Source: Rhynchopus sp. YZ270_cl-10 (Eukaryota). From it: a stretch of DNA of 64,000 nucleotides. Every line of letters begins with the position of its first letter. The stretch's first letter is position 1. Below, piece by piece: positions 11,721 to 24,307 of this stretch. The stretch spans positions 310,001-374,000 of the forward strand of contig OZ037845.1 of assembly GCA_964035575.1 (NCBI GenBank), written 5' to 3'. The position numbers and the translations under genes were made by a program. The notes under the pieces were generated by a model. It ran no database searches. It was not told the origin of the DNA and was given only the letters and a program-made list of their open reading frames with translations.

Positions 11721-14700
11721 TTGAGTTCTAGACAGGACTTTTTCCTGCCAGGGCTTTTTTGAAATGTGAATTCAAAAAGAAAAATAGTTTCATGAAAAAA
11801 AGAAAAATATGGTTTCGCACGAGCAAGTCCAGGTACTTCAGGCAGGTAGCTGCACTATCCTCCTGTGATTGGTCACCTTTTAAAATAGAGAAGAAAAATA
11901 ACAAAACAATGCCATATACTTTCTATTCTACTGAATAGAAGGTACAACAGACTAGGTACTAAATGTACCCAAACCCTTCTTGGGTGTATTGTTTGTTTCT
12001 GATAGCGACGTGGACTCGGTTTTTTGTTTTTTGTTTTTTGAAAAAGAAAGTTTCAATGTACCCCTTCATAAAAGTCCGTGAGGTTATAACCAGTAAATTT
12101 TACCTTATAATAAATAGCATTACCCTCATTGGTACGAATTATGGGCAGACAATTCCATAAGGATACAGCCAAGTACATTTTTTTCTACCTCTCAAATTAA
12201 AAAGCACAAAACAATATATTCTATAATTTATCTCTCTTCGATGCTCCTGTTTTTTTTTCTTTTTGCAATGAGTGCGCTGCTGTGCCACATCAAGGAAGGG
12301 CACTCATGCACTTCAGAACAAGGAAGGGGTATCTTTTCTTTTGGAAAAAAAAACCCCCCCCTGACATAACCAAAGTAACGCTTTTAAAATGAACCTACAC
12401 GACGAAAACCCTCTGTAATCTCCACCCTCTTGGAGACCAAGCCCAACAGGGGAGCATCTGCTCGATGAAAGGGGAGGTGCGTGGCAGAGGCCTTTCCGTA
12501 AGGCGTACCTTCCCCGGAGTTAGCTGCTCTCCCCCTTCACAGAAATGCTTACATGGAGAAGGGGGAATGCACGATTTTTTATGCGCAAATTGAGACGAAA
12601 CAAATAAAAATATAGTGAAGTTGGATAGTGCAAAACGCCTCTGGGACGCAGGACACTGACTCCGTGGGTTTATCGAACCCCGGAGTGTTGCTGATGCAGG
12701 CATCTCCGACGGACCCATATAAAAGAAAAACCAAAACTAAAAACCAAAACCAACCAAAAAAAAAAAAAAGACAAAACTAGAAAAAAAGAATAGATGATGA
12801 GCCAATTCCCCCCTACGTTCATCACAAAAAAAGATCACAAAGTCCAGACACGACAAAAACGCTTTTTCAGAAAAAGCTTCGAACACTGGACAAGCCCGGT
12901 GTACAACGTATCTGAAAAAGAAAAAAATGGCACTTTTTCTTCCCACCCATTTCAAACCCTAGCAAGAGAGACAGTGAGCGGCACCTCCTTTGCACAGGGG
13001 ATGATAGGAGAGGTGGAGGGAAGGCGGGGTTACGAAAGACACCCCCTCCGGGGCAATGGTTCTGCGTTCAGGAATTTGCCCACGTCTGCTTTTTCAAACA
13101 TTTGTTTGCACACACACATACACCTTGGGCCATATTCTGCGCAAGAATTGCCCCTATTAGTTATCAAACACACAAACACACAGATGATTCTTGGACAATG
13201 TTCCAACTCTTGGGAACTAGCCCCACAACTACGTTCAACACACACACAGAATGCCGCATGGTAGCATCGTGGCATCGTGGCACAACACAGATCATTAGCA
13301 ATGTTAAAACGGAGTGGATAAAGACGGAAGAGGGAAACCCTATAGGAGCTGTGTTTGACCACACACGACGTTACATGTCATATGACATGGTAGAAACGAT
13401 GGCATATCATAATGGCATGTACCACGTGTCATATCTGTACAGAACACACACGTTTCTAAGGTTTTGCTATGTGGTACATGTCATTTGACATGTCAGAAAA
13501 GTGACGTATTGTTGCCTATGTCACGATGACATGCAAAATGACTGTAAAACTAAACATAACATTATACCAACTGTTCTGTCCTTACTACTCTACTACTATG
13601 TTTTTCGTTGACCGCAGCCATTTAGGCTCGTTGCCTATGACACACATGATAATGGATGAGGGGGAGGATTCAAAAGGAAAAAGCGTAAGACGGATCTATC
13701 GTTGGTTTTAAATATGTTTAGTTTCCAATAACACTTCGTGTGTGCAATAAATAAATTCATCAGCAATAAAAAAAAAGGGAGAACCAGTGTGTTGAAATGG
13801 TCGCACTACCCCACATACAACAGGCGTTCCCACTGCAGTACCATGGTGCCCACGTTTCCATCACAAAACCAGGTAAGAGGTTTGTGAGTAGAAAAACTTA
13901 GCACATTTGGTGTTACCGATCTGCTGTCGGGGACATGTCAACGACATGTCAATATAGGGGGGGTGTGTCATTTTCCCCTGTATACCTTGTGTCAAGGACA
14001 TGTCAAGGACCTGTCAATATGGGCCCTTTCGGGAACACCAACATTACTTAAAACTCGTGTGGGAGTGTTCATTCATTTTGAATGGTTTGCTATACTTGCT
14101 ATAAAAAAAGGGATAGCATGCGTTGTGCACGCTTTCGTCATGAAGAGACGGGGAGTGGGTGTGCAAAAAGAAGAGAAAAAAAAAAAAAGGACATACTGGA
14201 GGGAGAAAAATGTGCCTCAAACGACGCATAAAGTTTCAGTTATTATCAAAAATCACTCTTTTTTTTTGCACGTTTGTGCTCATAACAAATAAACACAAGA
14301 GACACTCTTCTCCTGAAGAAACTACGCGTATTTGAGGAATAGTAAAGTGAAAAGAGAGAGAAAAAAAGAGCAGTTGAAGGAATGTGCTAAACCGCATCTC
14401 AGTCGAACTCATACAAGGGTGGGACATCAGTGGTCCGTACCGTAAGAGAACGGAGGCGGTTCAAAATAAAATAAAATAAAAACCCAGGAGTGGGAAAATC
14501 AGAACTCTGGGGGGGTGCCACAGTTCAGTTTGTCAGTCACATAGGTCAAGAGCAGCTGGCAGGCAGGGAGAAGGGGTCAGGGGCTTTCGAAAAAAAAAAA
14601 CAGGAATTGTTGAGAGAAATTTAACCAAAACATTTTTAGCCACTGATCCCTTCTTCTACTATACCGCAGGAGTCATGGATCCTTTTTTTTCCCTTTTTTT

Positions 14701-14739
14701 TTGAAAACTTGGTTGTATTAGGGTAGCCACCCTCGTGTA

Positions 14740-14845
14740 CACGGCGGAGTCCACCCGGGGGGAGTACCTAAATAGGGGGACTCAAATAGTCCCCCTATTC
14801 CGACACCCCAAAAGAGTCACTCCCCCCCGGGTGGACTCCACCGTG
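14740..14845. mobile_element. Tc1/mariner-type MITE
   Basis: TIR CACGG(C/T)GGAGTCCACCCGGGGGG flanked by TA on both sides; a shorter relative lies at 24931-24983. Confidence 0.65.
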
Positions 14846-17534
14846 TAAGCTAGAGTGGCCACACCATACCTTTTTTTTTCCTTTTTGCAGTCCATTGGAT
14901 GCAGATGACTGGACTCTTCCTGTACCAAAAGAACTTTTGGCTGCAGACTTTGCTGATATCTGGTAGCTGCCTCTCCCCATTGGCAGTCTTCACTGTTTTT
15001 GTAGGGCACAATATTGTTCAAAAATTGTTTCATATACTAACTATTCTACTGAATAGAAGGTGTTGATCAAAAACAAAAAAGAATTTCAACCTATGCATTC
15101 AATACATGGATAGCAAAGAAGAGAGATCAAAAAAAAAAAAAAAAAAAGGTTGAAACGTAATAACGTAGGTGACAACTCTCCCCCACAACGTAGCAAGCAA
15201 AACGACGTGGGGGGAGGGAGGTGCAAACAAAGCCCTTTTTGTTGTGTCGACCATCGCCTCAGGACCCGCCTTGGGGAAGGGTTTGTACTCAATGCTGGCC
15301 CAAGACTTTTTGTACTACGGAAGGTATAGACGCCGTCCTGAACCCTCGAGAGCAGCTTTTTTTTTTTATGAAAACCCCCAATTTACCAGGATAAGGTTCT
15401 CGCGAGTGCGGAACACCCTCCCGGTACTTCTTTCCTGTCGCTAAGGGGGATGTTTGTAGGTTACGGTTTTGAGACCGCCCTTGTAATAGATGAAGAGTGA
15501 TGGAGGGGAAAAAAACACGCGACTTTTTTTTTGCATTTTTTTTTTTTTTTGCAAAATATGAACAATCTTGAGAGTTATGATGAAATATTGAAAAGAGAGA
15601 ACAACAACAGCAAAGGAAGAAAGTGAAGTTGACAGTGCAAACGCCTCGGCGGAAACCTTCTCCAACTTCGGCCTTCAATGTTCTCCATTGAATATTCGCT
15701 ACTAGGCGGACGCAGGCACGTGGCACTCCCGAATAACACTACCGTACCCACCACACACAGAATGCCACACTGCACGGGATAGTGGTTACAGACAACTCTC
15801 TCTGACAGCCCTCTCATGACATGTGTACCAAAGAAAACGAAAAAAAAACAACGAAAAATTTAATACAGAGGGGAACCAGCAAGAAAACGGTATTTTTGTT
15901 TTCCGTGTGTCCGCCCGGATTCAGCACTGCGGCCTTTTGATAATCCACACTGTCATCCAGTGTACTGTATTTTGTTTTTTGAGGGTCCATGCACGACACA
16001 TGGCCCCCTTAAATTTTTGTTTCAAAATCATTTTCAATTAGGGGAACGAACGTTTGAGGTAGGGGATGTCCGTCTGAACCGGAAGGACAGTGTGCAACAT
16101 ACATTCTGCGTGATACGACTTCGGGAAAACGTTAATAAAGAAAATATACAGTACCAAATACTAAGCACAACATATTTTCTGAAATATTACAAACATAGTA
16201 AATATGAGATTTTTAAGGTGCCCAAATCTCTACTTGGGCACCTCAAGAAGAAAAAAAAAATACGTGGATAAAAATTACATCACAGAAAGAGTCAAACTAT
16301 GAAGGACTTTTTGTTAGCCCTTTTTTCAGAAATTTTAGAAAAAGCTTTTTCTTTTGCTGCTCAAGTGTGAATCGAGATAAAAAAAAAATGTACCGTCCTC
16401 CGCTGGCTGCTACCAACCAAACGAAGGATTCCAACGCGTTTTTTGTTTTCATTCTGCACAAGCAAAAATCAAAAAAAAATCTTTTCCATTTGTCTCTGTG
16501 CGTTGTTAGGTATGATTTTTTTTTCTTTCTGACCCTGATCCTGGAAAGACGGTGGAAGGGTGAAACACTATTCCATTTTTTTTTTCCCCGATTTTGGGGG
16601 GGGGGGGGGGGGGAGATTTGACTCACCGAGACTACTTTGGGTAGCCTATCCTCCAGCCACATATAATAGAACCTACCAGGTCACAATGAAGGGTGAAGGG
16701 AGTATGGGGGGAAAATAAAGAGGAGTTGAAACATGCTAAAAACGCACTCTCAGTTGAGCTCGGGACGTAACGACCTGACGGAATAAATAACGGAGACGGT
16801 GTTCGTTTTTTGCTTCGCAAAGTTGGTTACGTTTTTTGTTTTTTGTTTTTTGTTTTTTGTTTTTTGTTTTTTGTTGTTCACTTGGTGTTGTGTGTAGAAT
16901 AAAACGAAGTTCTAATGATTCTAAGCTTCGTGCTTACTCACCTTTTTAAAAAAAAATATGTTCATACTGAGTACACTGAAACCCTAGAAGGGGGGTAAAA
17001 CTCTTCAAAATTTGCACTAAACTAGGAGTAAAGACTAGGTTGGTTTTTCACTGCTTGCCCTATGCATGAAAAACAGAGGAGCAGAGACACTCCATGCTAT
17101 GAGGATATGAGGAGCTTCATCCCACGCGAAAAAGAGAAAAATAAAATAAAAAGGGATTACTCCGAAGTATAGTGAGAGAGTGCAAAAAAAAAAAAAAGAG
17201 AAGTTTAGAAGATGAACGCCTCTTGTTAAAAAAACCATACATTCGTGAAGAACGTGTTGCAATAACAATGATAGAAGAGAGAGAGAGAGAGACAGCACGA
17301 AGAACTCATTCAGAGTCCCTAAAAGAAAACAATAGCAAAACCAAATCAACTACACACTCAGTAGGATGTTCAGACGCAATGTGCACTGAATAGGTCGTAT
17401 AGGGGACGCAATAAGGAGACTAATAGGAACCCGAAGTCTCTGTTGACTAACCAAAAAGAAAACATACAAGAAGACGGAGCCGGAACACAAAAGGGGGGAG
17501 GGAAAGGTAAAAACAGAACAGTAACAGAACAAGA

Positions 17535-20500
17535 CTACTCTGCCAGCAAAATCGCCTCGGGCCCGGTCTCTCTCGGCACTGAGGTGCACGACGCAAAGTA
17601 TGGGTCCTCAAGCAAGGCTGTTGCTGATGCACGACACGACGGGTCACGTACCAAACATCTATTCAAAAAGGCTTCTGCGTCCTGAGGTATGCCCGGTGGC
17701 AGAGGTGGCCCAGCGCTGGAGGAGATGATGCGTGCGATCGTTTGATGTGCAGGTTCGTTTTTGCTCTTCCGCCAAGGTGTGACACCAAGCATCTCAATGA
17801 CGGTGCAGCCCAAAGACCAGATGTCGCACCGTGTGCCGTACTCCTCGGATTGCCCAGTGTGCTTCTGTTGCTGAAGCACCTCGGGTGCCATCCAAAAGGG
17901 TGTGCCCACACACGTCTGTGCACCATGTGCACCAAACGTTTCATGCTCCTCATCATCAAACAGCTTGCTGCAGCCAAAGTCAGACAGCTTCACCGTCGCG
18001 TCAATCGACAGCAGAAGGTTGTCTGCCTTCACGTCGCGGTGTGCAATCGCAGAGCGTCCGTTGTTCCCGCTGTGCAGGTACGCCAGTCCCAGAAGCACGT
18101 GGCGTGTGTACTCACGCACTGTGTCCTCGTCCAGTGCTGCCTTCCGTGCACGCAGCAGGCTCTTCACAGACCCACCAGGCATGTACTCCATGAAGATCTC
18201 AAGACACGACGCATCACGCCACATGTGTCCCAGGTACTGCACAACGTGTGGGTGGTGCAGGGATCGCATCAGAGTGAACTCCTGTTCCACACGCATCCGT
18301 GCCTTTGCCGAGTGTGACGCACCCAACTGCATCTCCTTCACTGCCACGTAGCGGTAGGACCCCCTCAGTGACGCAAGGTAAACAACCCCAAACGACCCCT
18401 TCCCCAGTGCAGGACGCATCTTCTTGCACGTCTTCATCTCCTCTTCGGTGACTTCCATTCTTATGGGTGCGTTGTTGGAGATGGCTGTCAGGTTGGCTGA
18501 GGCGTTTGCCCAGAGCGAGATGAAAGGGTGGTGGAGGAGCTGCGGGGCAGCGTCACGCTCAAGTGGGTTCTTCTTCATACACATCGCGATGAAGTCATCT
18601 GCATGCTCAGAGACACCCTGCACAATGTTCTCTGGTGGGTACTTCGGTGCATGCGCCAGGTAGTACCATTGGTTCGGCCCTCGCGACTTCCCAGGAGGCA
18701 CACCCTTGTTCAGCACCTCCGACACTGTGCACCCCAAGCTGTAGATGTCTGCAGGTGTCCCAGCTTTGATAAAGATGGTCCCACACTCCAGCACCTCAGG
18801 TGCGATCCAGTTCGGACTCCCGATGTGCGTGTTGTCCGCTGTGCCTATCGTCGAATCCCCAACGCTGAAGTCGGGTGTCTCCCCCGCAGGCAGCATCCCC
18901 CACCCCTCCTCCTTGTTGAGCTTCTTCAAGGAACCAAAGTCGCACAGCTTTGCCGTCCCCTCTGGTGTCAGCAGGATGTTGTCGCCCTTGATGTCCCTGT
19001 GCACAACTTCGTTGCTGTGCAGAAACGACAGTGCCTGCAGCACTTGGTGGATGTAGTACGCAGCTGTTGCCTCCTCCAGACGTGTGTCCATCCCACGCAC
19101 AAGCGCACCCAACGTGCCCCCTGACACGTACTCCATCAGGATGCAGAGACGGCCCCCGACAGGGTCGAACACCACGTCCAGCATCTCTGTCAGGTGTGGG
19201 TGGCGAAGGCCTTTCAGCAGCTCCAACACCACATGCGCGTCGTCTGCGTCCCTCCTCTGCGCACCTCTGTGCTCCTTCATTGCACAAGTCTGCCCTGTTG
19301 CCTCCACCACCCCTATGTACACTGTTCCAAACGAACCTGACCCAATTTGGCGCCCACGGACCCAGGTTTGGAGGGCACGGTTTGCAGGACCTTCAACGTG
19401 CGGACCCATTGGGAGCGAGCTGGTCAGTGTCTCACCACGGGTCATCACCGTTTTGATGAAGTTTTCAGACGCGCTCAGTTCGCCAGCACCCCTGCCATAT
19501 TCTATTGTCCCTGAGCTGGGTGGCGAGTACAGGGACGCAGAGGCGCCACCGGACGTCGTGATGGTAGTCGACGAGCCTGTAGGCTGGCTGTGGCTCGCAT
19601 ACGAAGCCACCCCTGACACCCCTCCTGACGTCCCTACGTCGACCCCAGACGCGGGCGCCATCTCCTCGTCCTCATTGCCGTAGCCCTCCCGCGGAAGGAA
19701 CATCTCCGTATCAGGCGCAGGCTCCACGTTCCTCCTCCTCCGCCTCCTGACCACCAGGAGGTACACCATCAGCACACTGCACACCAACGCCACCCCCAAC
19801 ATAACCCCAAGCACTGCCCACTGTGAATCCCCAGAATCTGCCGCGCCCACCTCAGGAACTTCAGTTTGTGTAGTTTGTCCAACACCTGGCCCTTGAGTCA
19901 GCGGAACAGCAGTATCTGGAGCGTCGGTGTCTGGAGCGTTAGTTTTGTGAACATGTGGAATGTGAGTGCGCATACCCGGAGTGTCAGTATCTGGAGTGTT
20001 GGTCTGCCCTGGGGGGGCCGTGTCCGGGGCGGGAGTATCCTCGACTATTGGTGCGGGTGTTGTTGGCGCAGGTGTTGTTGGTGCCAATGTTGGTGCGGGT
20101 GTTGCTGGTGCCGATGTTGGCGCCAATGTCTCTTCTGGGGTCGTGCAACAATAATCGATGTTTTTTTTGCAGTTCGCCACGGTGCCGCAGTCGTAGAACC
20201 CTCCCATGGGTTTGGCGTGCGACGGGTACGGACAGCGGATTGCATGGCACGTCGCCGACAGCCCCGACACGCATGTTGTCAGTGCCTCACGCTCCTCCAT
20301 GTTTCCGGTATTCCCCCACAGCAGGACACCTTGCAGGGTGTACGCCACGAAGCCGTTGTCCAGCGGCATGACGTAGTCTGTACCGGCGATGGGTGGTGTG
20401 AAGAGCGACCCTCCGCGGCCTCCCCAACCAAACACCGTCCCGTTCGTGAACCGCACCGCAAACCCCATGCCGCGTGTGGAGCTGTATATTTGGTCAATCT

Positions 20501-21674
20501 CGGTGCCGAAAAAGGACGCCACCGTCCCCGCATCGCCACCGTGGTCGCTGTCCCCCCAGGCCGTCACGGTGCGCATATCTTTATGCAGCGCCACAAAGGC
20601 ATGCTTCGATGCGAACACCTCCAGCACGTCCGCACCCATCCTTGCTGCCACTGTCGCAAGGTTACCTTCATCCTCCGACCCCCATGCAACGGGCGTCCCA
20701 TCATAGTTTATCACCACCGTCGCACCGTACGTAGTCTGCATACGGCTTGGGTCGTAGGCATTGAAGTCCATTGCTGCGTACACTGTGGAGCTGTTACCCG
20801 ATTGGGGGCCTGCAGTAGGTGAGTTACCAGACCACGCAATGACTTTGCCTGAGAGGGTCGCTGCAAGGAAGGTGACGCTGTCGTCCCCTGGGGTCATCCG
20901 GATGTCGACAATGAAGTTTTGGGAGAGAATCCGGGACACCGTGGTGGTGTCTGCACCTGCACTGTCATCTCCCCAGACGTAGAGGGAGCCGTCAGTATAG
21001 CCCACTGCATACGCACCTTGCCCATGCCCTGCCAGCTTCGACGCAGCTTTTTTGGGTAACATCCCTGGACATTTATAACCCGCATCCCCGAAACACACTA
21101 TATAGCCAGCTATCTGTGGTGGATTCATCAAAAAAGCTAGGCCATTGTTCCCTTTCGCTGCGTGTGTCATGTAAGTGAACTTCCCTAAGTTTCCATAAGG
21201 GTTGTAGAAAGTATCCGCATTGCGTCCCAAGATACGCAGAAGGCTTGAAAGATCGAGAGAAAAATAGGTCCCAAAATGGGTAGAGTAAACAGCCTGCTGG
21301 CGGAATACGGGTGGGGTGGTGTTGGTGGGGATTTCAAATCGTGCCCCGTCCGCTCCTTCGGTCGTCCCTATTGAGTAGAGAAACGGCTGCACGCTGCGGG
21401 CAACAATCAAACCATAGTCCGAGCTTTCCACTATACTCGCGTACTGCAGGTAGGCTGCATCCTCCGATTCGTTGTAGCCTGACATCAGACCTTCCCCGGA
21501 CCCACCATAAAGCAACACCCGACTATCATCGCACACCTGATAGCAACCGCCCTGAACGCACCGTCCCGGGTACATCCCATTCGCATAGGTATCCCTTTGA
21601 TAAGAGTTGTACGGATACTCTCCAGCGACCCCACCATACAAAAGAATTGTCAAAAGCCCCGCCGTTCGGGTCAT
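17535..21674 (-). CDS. Receptor-like tandem kinase paralog 3
   Basis: 1379-aa ORF: signal peptide, GRCVQGGCYQVC, RCC1-like repeats, TPAPT mucin-like stalk, TM followed by RRRRRR, two kinase domains. Confidence 0.92.
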   Translation of the reverse strand: MTRTAGLLTILLYGGVAGEYPYNSYQRDTYANGMYPGRCVQGGCYQVCDDSRVLLYGGSGEGLMSGYNESEDAAYLQYASIVESSDYGLIVARSVQPFLYSIGTTEGADGARFEIPTNTTPPVFRQQAVYSTHFGTYFSLDLSSLLRILGRNADTFYNPYGNLGKFTYMTHAAKGNNGLAFLMNPPQIAGYIVCFGDAGYKCPGMLPKKAASKLAGHGQGAYAVGYTDGSLYVWGDDSAGADTTTVSRILSQNFIVDIRMTPGDDSVTFLAATLSGKVIAWSGNSPTAGPQSGNSSTVYAAMDFNAYDPSRMQTTYGATVVINYDGTPVAWGSEDEGNLATVAARMGADVLEVFASKHAFVALHKDMRTVTAWGDSDHGGDAGTVASFFGTEIDQIYSSTRGMGFAVRFTNGTVFGWGGRGGSLFTPPIAGTDYVMPLDNGFVAYTLQGVLLWGNTGNMEEREALTTCVSGLSATCHAIRCPYPSHAKPMGGFYDCGTVANCKKNIDYCCTTPEETLAPTSAPATPAPTLAPTTPAPTTPAPIVEDTPAPDTAPPGQTNTPDTDTPGMRTHIPHVHKTNAPDTDAPDTAVPLTQGPGVGQTTQTEVPEVGAADSGDSQWAVLGVMLGVALVCSVLMVYLLVVRRRRRRNVEPAPDTEMFLPREGYGNEDEEMAPASGVDVGTSGGVSGVASYASHSQPTGSSTTITTSGGASASLYSPPSSGTIEYGRGAGELSASENFIKTVMTRGETLTSSLPMGPHVEGPANRALQTWVRGRQIGSGSFGTVYIGVVEATGQTCAMKEHRGAQRRDADDAHVVLELLKGLRHPHLTEMLDVVFDPVGGRLCILMEYVSGGTLGALVRGMDTRLEEATAAYYIHQVLQALSFLHSNEVVHRDIKGDNILLTPEGTAKLCDFGSLKKLNKEEGWGMLPAGETPDFSVGDSTIGTADNTHIGSPNWIAPEVLECGTIFIKAGTPADIYSLGCTVSEVLNKGVPPGKSRGPNQWYYLAHAPKYPPENIVQGVSEHADDFIAMCMKKNPLERDAAPQLLHHPFISLWANASANLTAISNNAPIRMEVTEEEMKTCKKMRPALGKGSFGVVYLASLRGSYRYVAVKEMQLGASHSAKARMRVEQEFTLMRSLHHPHVVQYLGHMWRDASCLEIFMEYMPGGSVKSLLRARKAALDEDTVREYTRHVLLGLAYLHSGNNGRSAIAHRDVKADNLLLSIDATVKLSDFGCSKLFDDEEHETFGAHGAQTCVGTPFWMAPEVLQQQKHTGQSEEYGTRCDIWSLGCTVIEMLGVTPWRKSKNEPAHQTIARIISSSAGPPLPPGIPQDAEAFLNRCLVRDPSCRASATALLEDPYFASCTSVPRETGPEAILLAE

Positions 21675-22863
21675 TTTAAAACACAGATTATTTCATTTAA
21701 GCTTTTCGGAGGAGGGGGAGGGAAGGAGGGAGGGGGACGGGAAAAAAGAAGTGTTGTCTGAAAAGGTGGTATGTGAATGTAGGGGAACGGGGGGATTGAA
21801 AAAAAAAAAAGAGAAGTTTTTTCTTCTTTCCTGATCGTCTTAGGGAGAGTGAGGGAGAATGAGGGATGAGAGGCGTTGTTGGGGATCGCTAGGATTTTGG
21901 CAAAAAGAAAAAAAAGAAAAAAAGAAAAAAAAAGGGGGTGTCTTGCAATACAGTGTACCAAGCCACTACCTCAAAAGAAAAAAGACCATACATTGAAATC
22001 CCGGGGAGTCACGGGGAGTTTGGCAAAAAATCAAAAAAAACGAACTCCCCGTGAGTGTTTTTTTGGTTTCGAGAGTTTTCGAGAGTGTTTTTTTTTTTTT
22101 TTACGGAGAGTTTTCGCGATTAATCGCGACAAAATTCGCGATTAATCCCCGGGAGTAAAATCGCGATTTTTTGTAGCATTTTACCCCAAACACAACCGTG
22201 CACACCTGGTGCTATCCGCATCTGACCTGTGCCCACCTGGGCACACGTTCAGTCTACGTACTCACATTACACCTACCGATTGATTCGCAAAATGCACCCA
22301 CCACGACAGAGGGGTGATAAGCCTCGCGGCTTTAGGCGGCACAGTGGTGGCGGACATGAGCAAACGAGCCCACAGGTCGATCACAAATGCGACGGGTTAA
22401 TTCCGCGCTTGGAAATTATCCACACCTGTTTAAGATATAATTACGCTTAAATTACTCTGGGCGAAAAATGGTACACCATACCAGCACTGAAGCATACCAC
22501 CACATGTAAGCAGGGCTATTTTAAATATGGGGATAAGGAACAAGAAAAGGGTGAAAACGGGTCGAGGCTTCCCGCCGCAGGCGGAAATTCTTAGATGCCG
22601 TGCACTTTTCCAGGTGGTTTGAAGAGTGATCTGACCATATTGTCCCAGTATAGCAGTACACCCAATAAATCCATTGGAGAAGGAACATTGCACTTTTGAC
22701 CACCACAGAATACATGTTGCCAGCCACACCACTAAAGTACAAAAACCCCCTCGGAACGTAGTGAGAGCTTGTGAAAAAATCTCTCCCCGTTCATAGATGG
22801 CCCAGTTTTCGAGATTTTTTCATAAATTCGCGATTAATCGCAAATTTTTATTTTATAAATTGG

Positions 22864-24307
22864 CAGTGTTTCCCAGCATCTCACCTAACTCTGAAAATAG
22901 GTGAGATTTTGCGGTTTTGCGGGTTTTTGTATAGGTGTGGCGAGCCCGGGCGCGCTTCGCGCGCCCGGGTCCCCACCTTAGCTCAAGTTGGGGGCCTCCG
23001 GCGGAATGCGAGAATTTCTCGGAGTTCGGCACTTCATTGATATTTGCACCAGGCACACGTGGTACACGAATTATCAGTAACCTCAGTACATTTACAAAAT
23101 AAACGGCAGTCATGGCAGTCATGGCAGGCATGGCACCCAAGCGAAGCCACGGTACGCAACATTTCTAAAAATTGTTGACATAAATGTCACTGTCGTTGGA
23201 AGATTGGGGGGTCAGCTTGTTTTTGTGCCCAAAATTTCTCAGCACTGCTGACCAGGGACATTGGGAACATATGGGGAGATCCGGGTGCCCGCAACAACAA
23301 TATTCACAAGCAATCACAAAAAAAAAATCCTCTTCACAAAAAATCACAAACAATCACAAACAAAAAATCTTATTCACACAAAATCACAAAAAATAAATCC
23401 TATTCACAAAAAATCACAAACAATCACAAAAAATAAATCCTATTCGCAAAAAAACACAAACGATCACAAAAAATCACAAAAATCACAAAAAATCACAAAA
23501 AAAAAATCCTATTCACAAACAATCACAAAAAATCACAAACAAAAAATCTTATTCACAAAAAATCACACAAAATCACAAAAAATAAATCCTATTCACAAAA
23601 AATCACAAACAATCACAAAAAATCACAAAAAATCACATCCACTTTTTGTGATTTTTTGTGATTTTTTGTGATTGTTTGTGATTTTTTGTGAATAGGATTT
23701 TTTTTTTGTGATTGCTTGTGATTTTTTGTGAATAGGATTTATTTTTTTGTGATTTTGTGTGATTTTTTGTGAATAGGATTTTTTTTTTGTGATTGCTTGT
23801 GATTTTTTGTGATTTTTGTGATTTTTTGTGATTTGTTGTGAATAGAATTTTTTTTTTTGTGATTTTTTGTATTTATTTTATGTGATTTTGTGTGATTTGT
23901 TGTGATTTGTTGTGATTTTTTGTGATTTTTTGTGAATATTGTTGTTGCGGGCACCCGGATCTCCCCAACATAGGGATTTTTGCGGAGCAAAAAAAAATCA
24001 AACAAATGGCGCCGCAGGCGAAAAAAAATTAGGGTACAGTGTAAAAATCTATCTTTTTTACAGCACATAGTCACACACCTAACCCTTTTTTGCGGAGCAA
24101 AAAAGGGAAAATGGCGCCGCAGGCAAAAAAAAATTGAGGTACAGCCTGGATGGTGCGGTCAGCAACCCAGTTCCCATGGTACTCCCGTGGTTCAACCATG
24201 ATTTTTTTTTTTTTTTTTTCCTGCAGGTGAGATTTCTCACCTCACTTTTTTTTTTTTTTTTTTTTTGTGAGATTTCTCACCCCAAAATCTCACCGTGGGA
24301 AACACTG
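22864..24307. mobile_element. Non-autonomous hAT-like element nested in 21991-24519
   Basis: TIR CAGTGTTTCCCA / TGGGAAACACTG with 8-bp TSD TAAATTGG (22856-22863, 24308-24315). Confidence 0.85.
23272..23967. mobile_element. Foldback-like palindromic element, TG...CA ends, 5-bp TSD
   Basis: TIR TGGGGAGATCCGGGTGCCCGCAACAACAATATTCACAA; arms made of AATCACAAAA / TTTTGTGATT repeats meeting at ~23640; TSD ACATA. Confidence 0.85.

Noticed and set aside
12660..12720. Possible tRNA gene around GGTTCGAT
   Set aside because: No cloverleaf could be built by eye; treated as a SINE head remnant.
22945..22969. Perfect GC hairpin CCCGGGCGCGC-TTC-GCGCGCCCGGG
   Set aside because: Lies inside a hAT element; nothing supports a terminator or ncRNA role.
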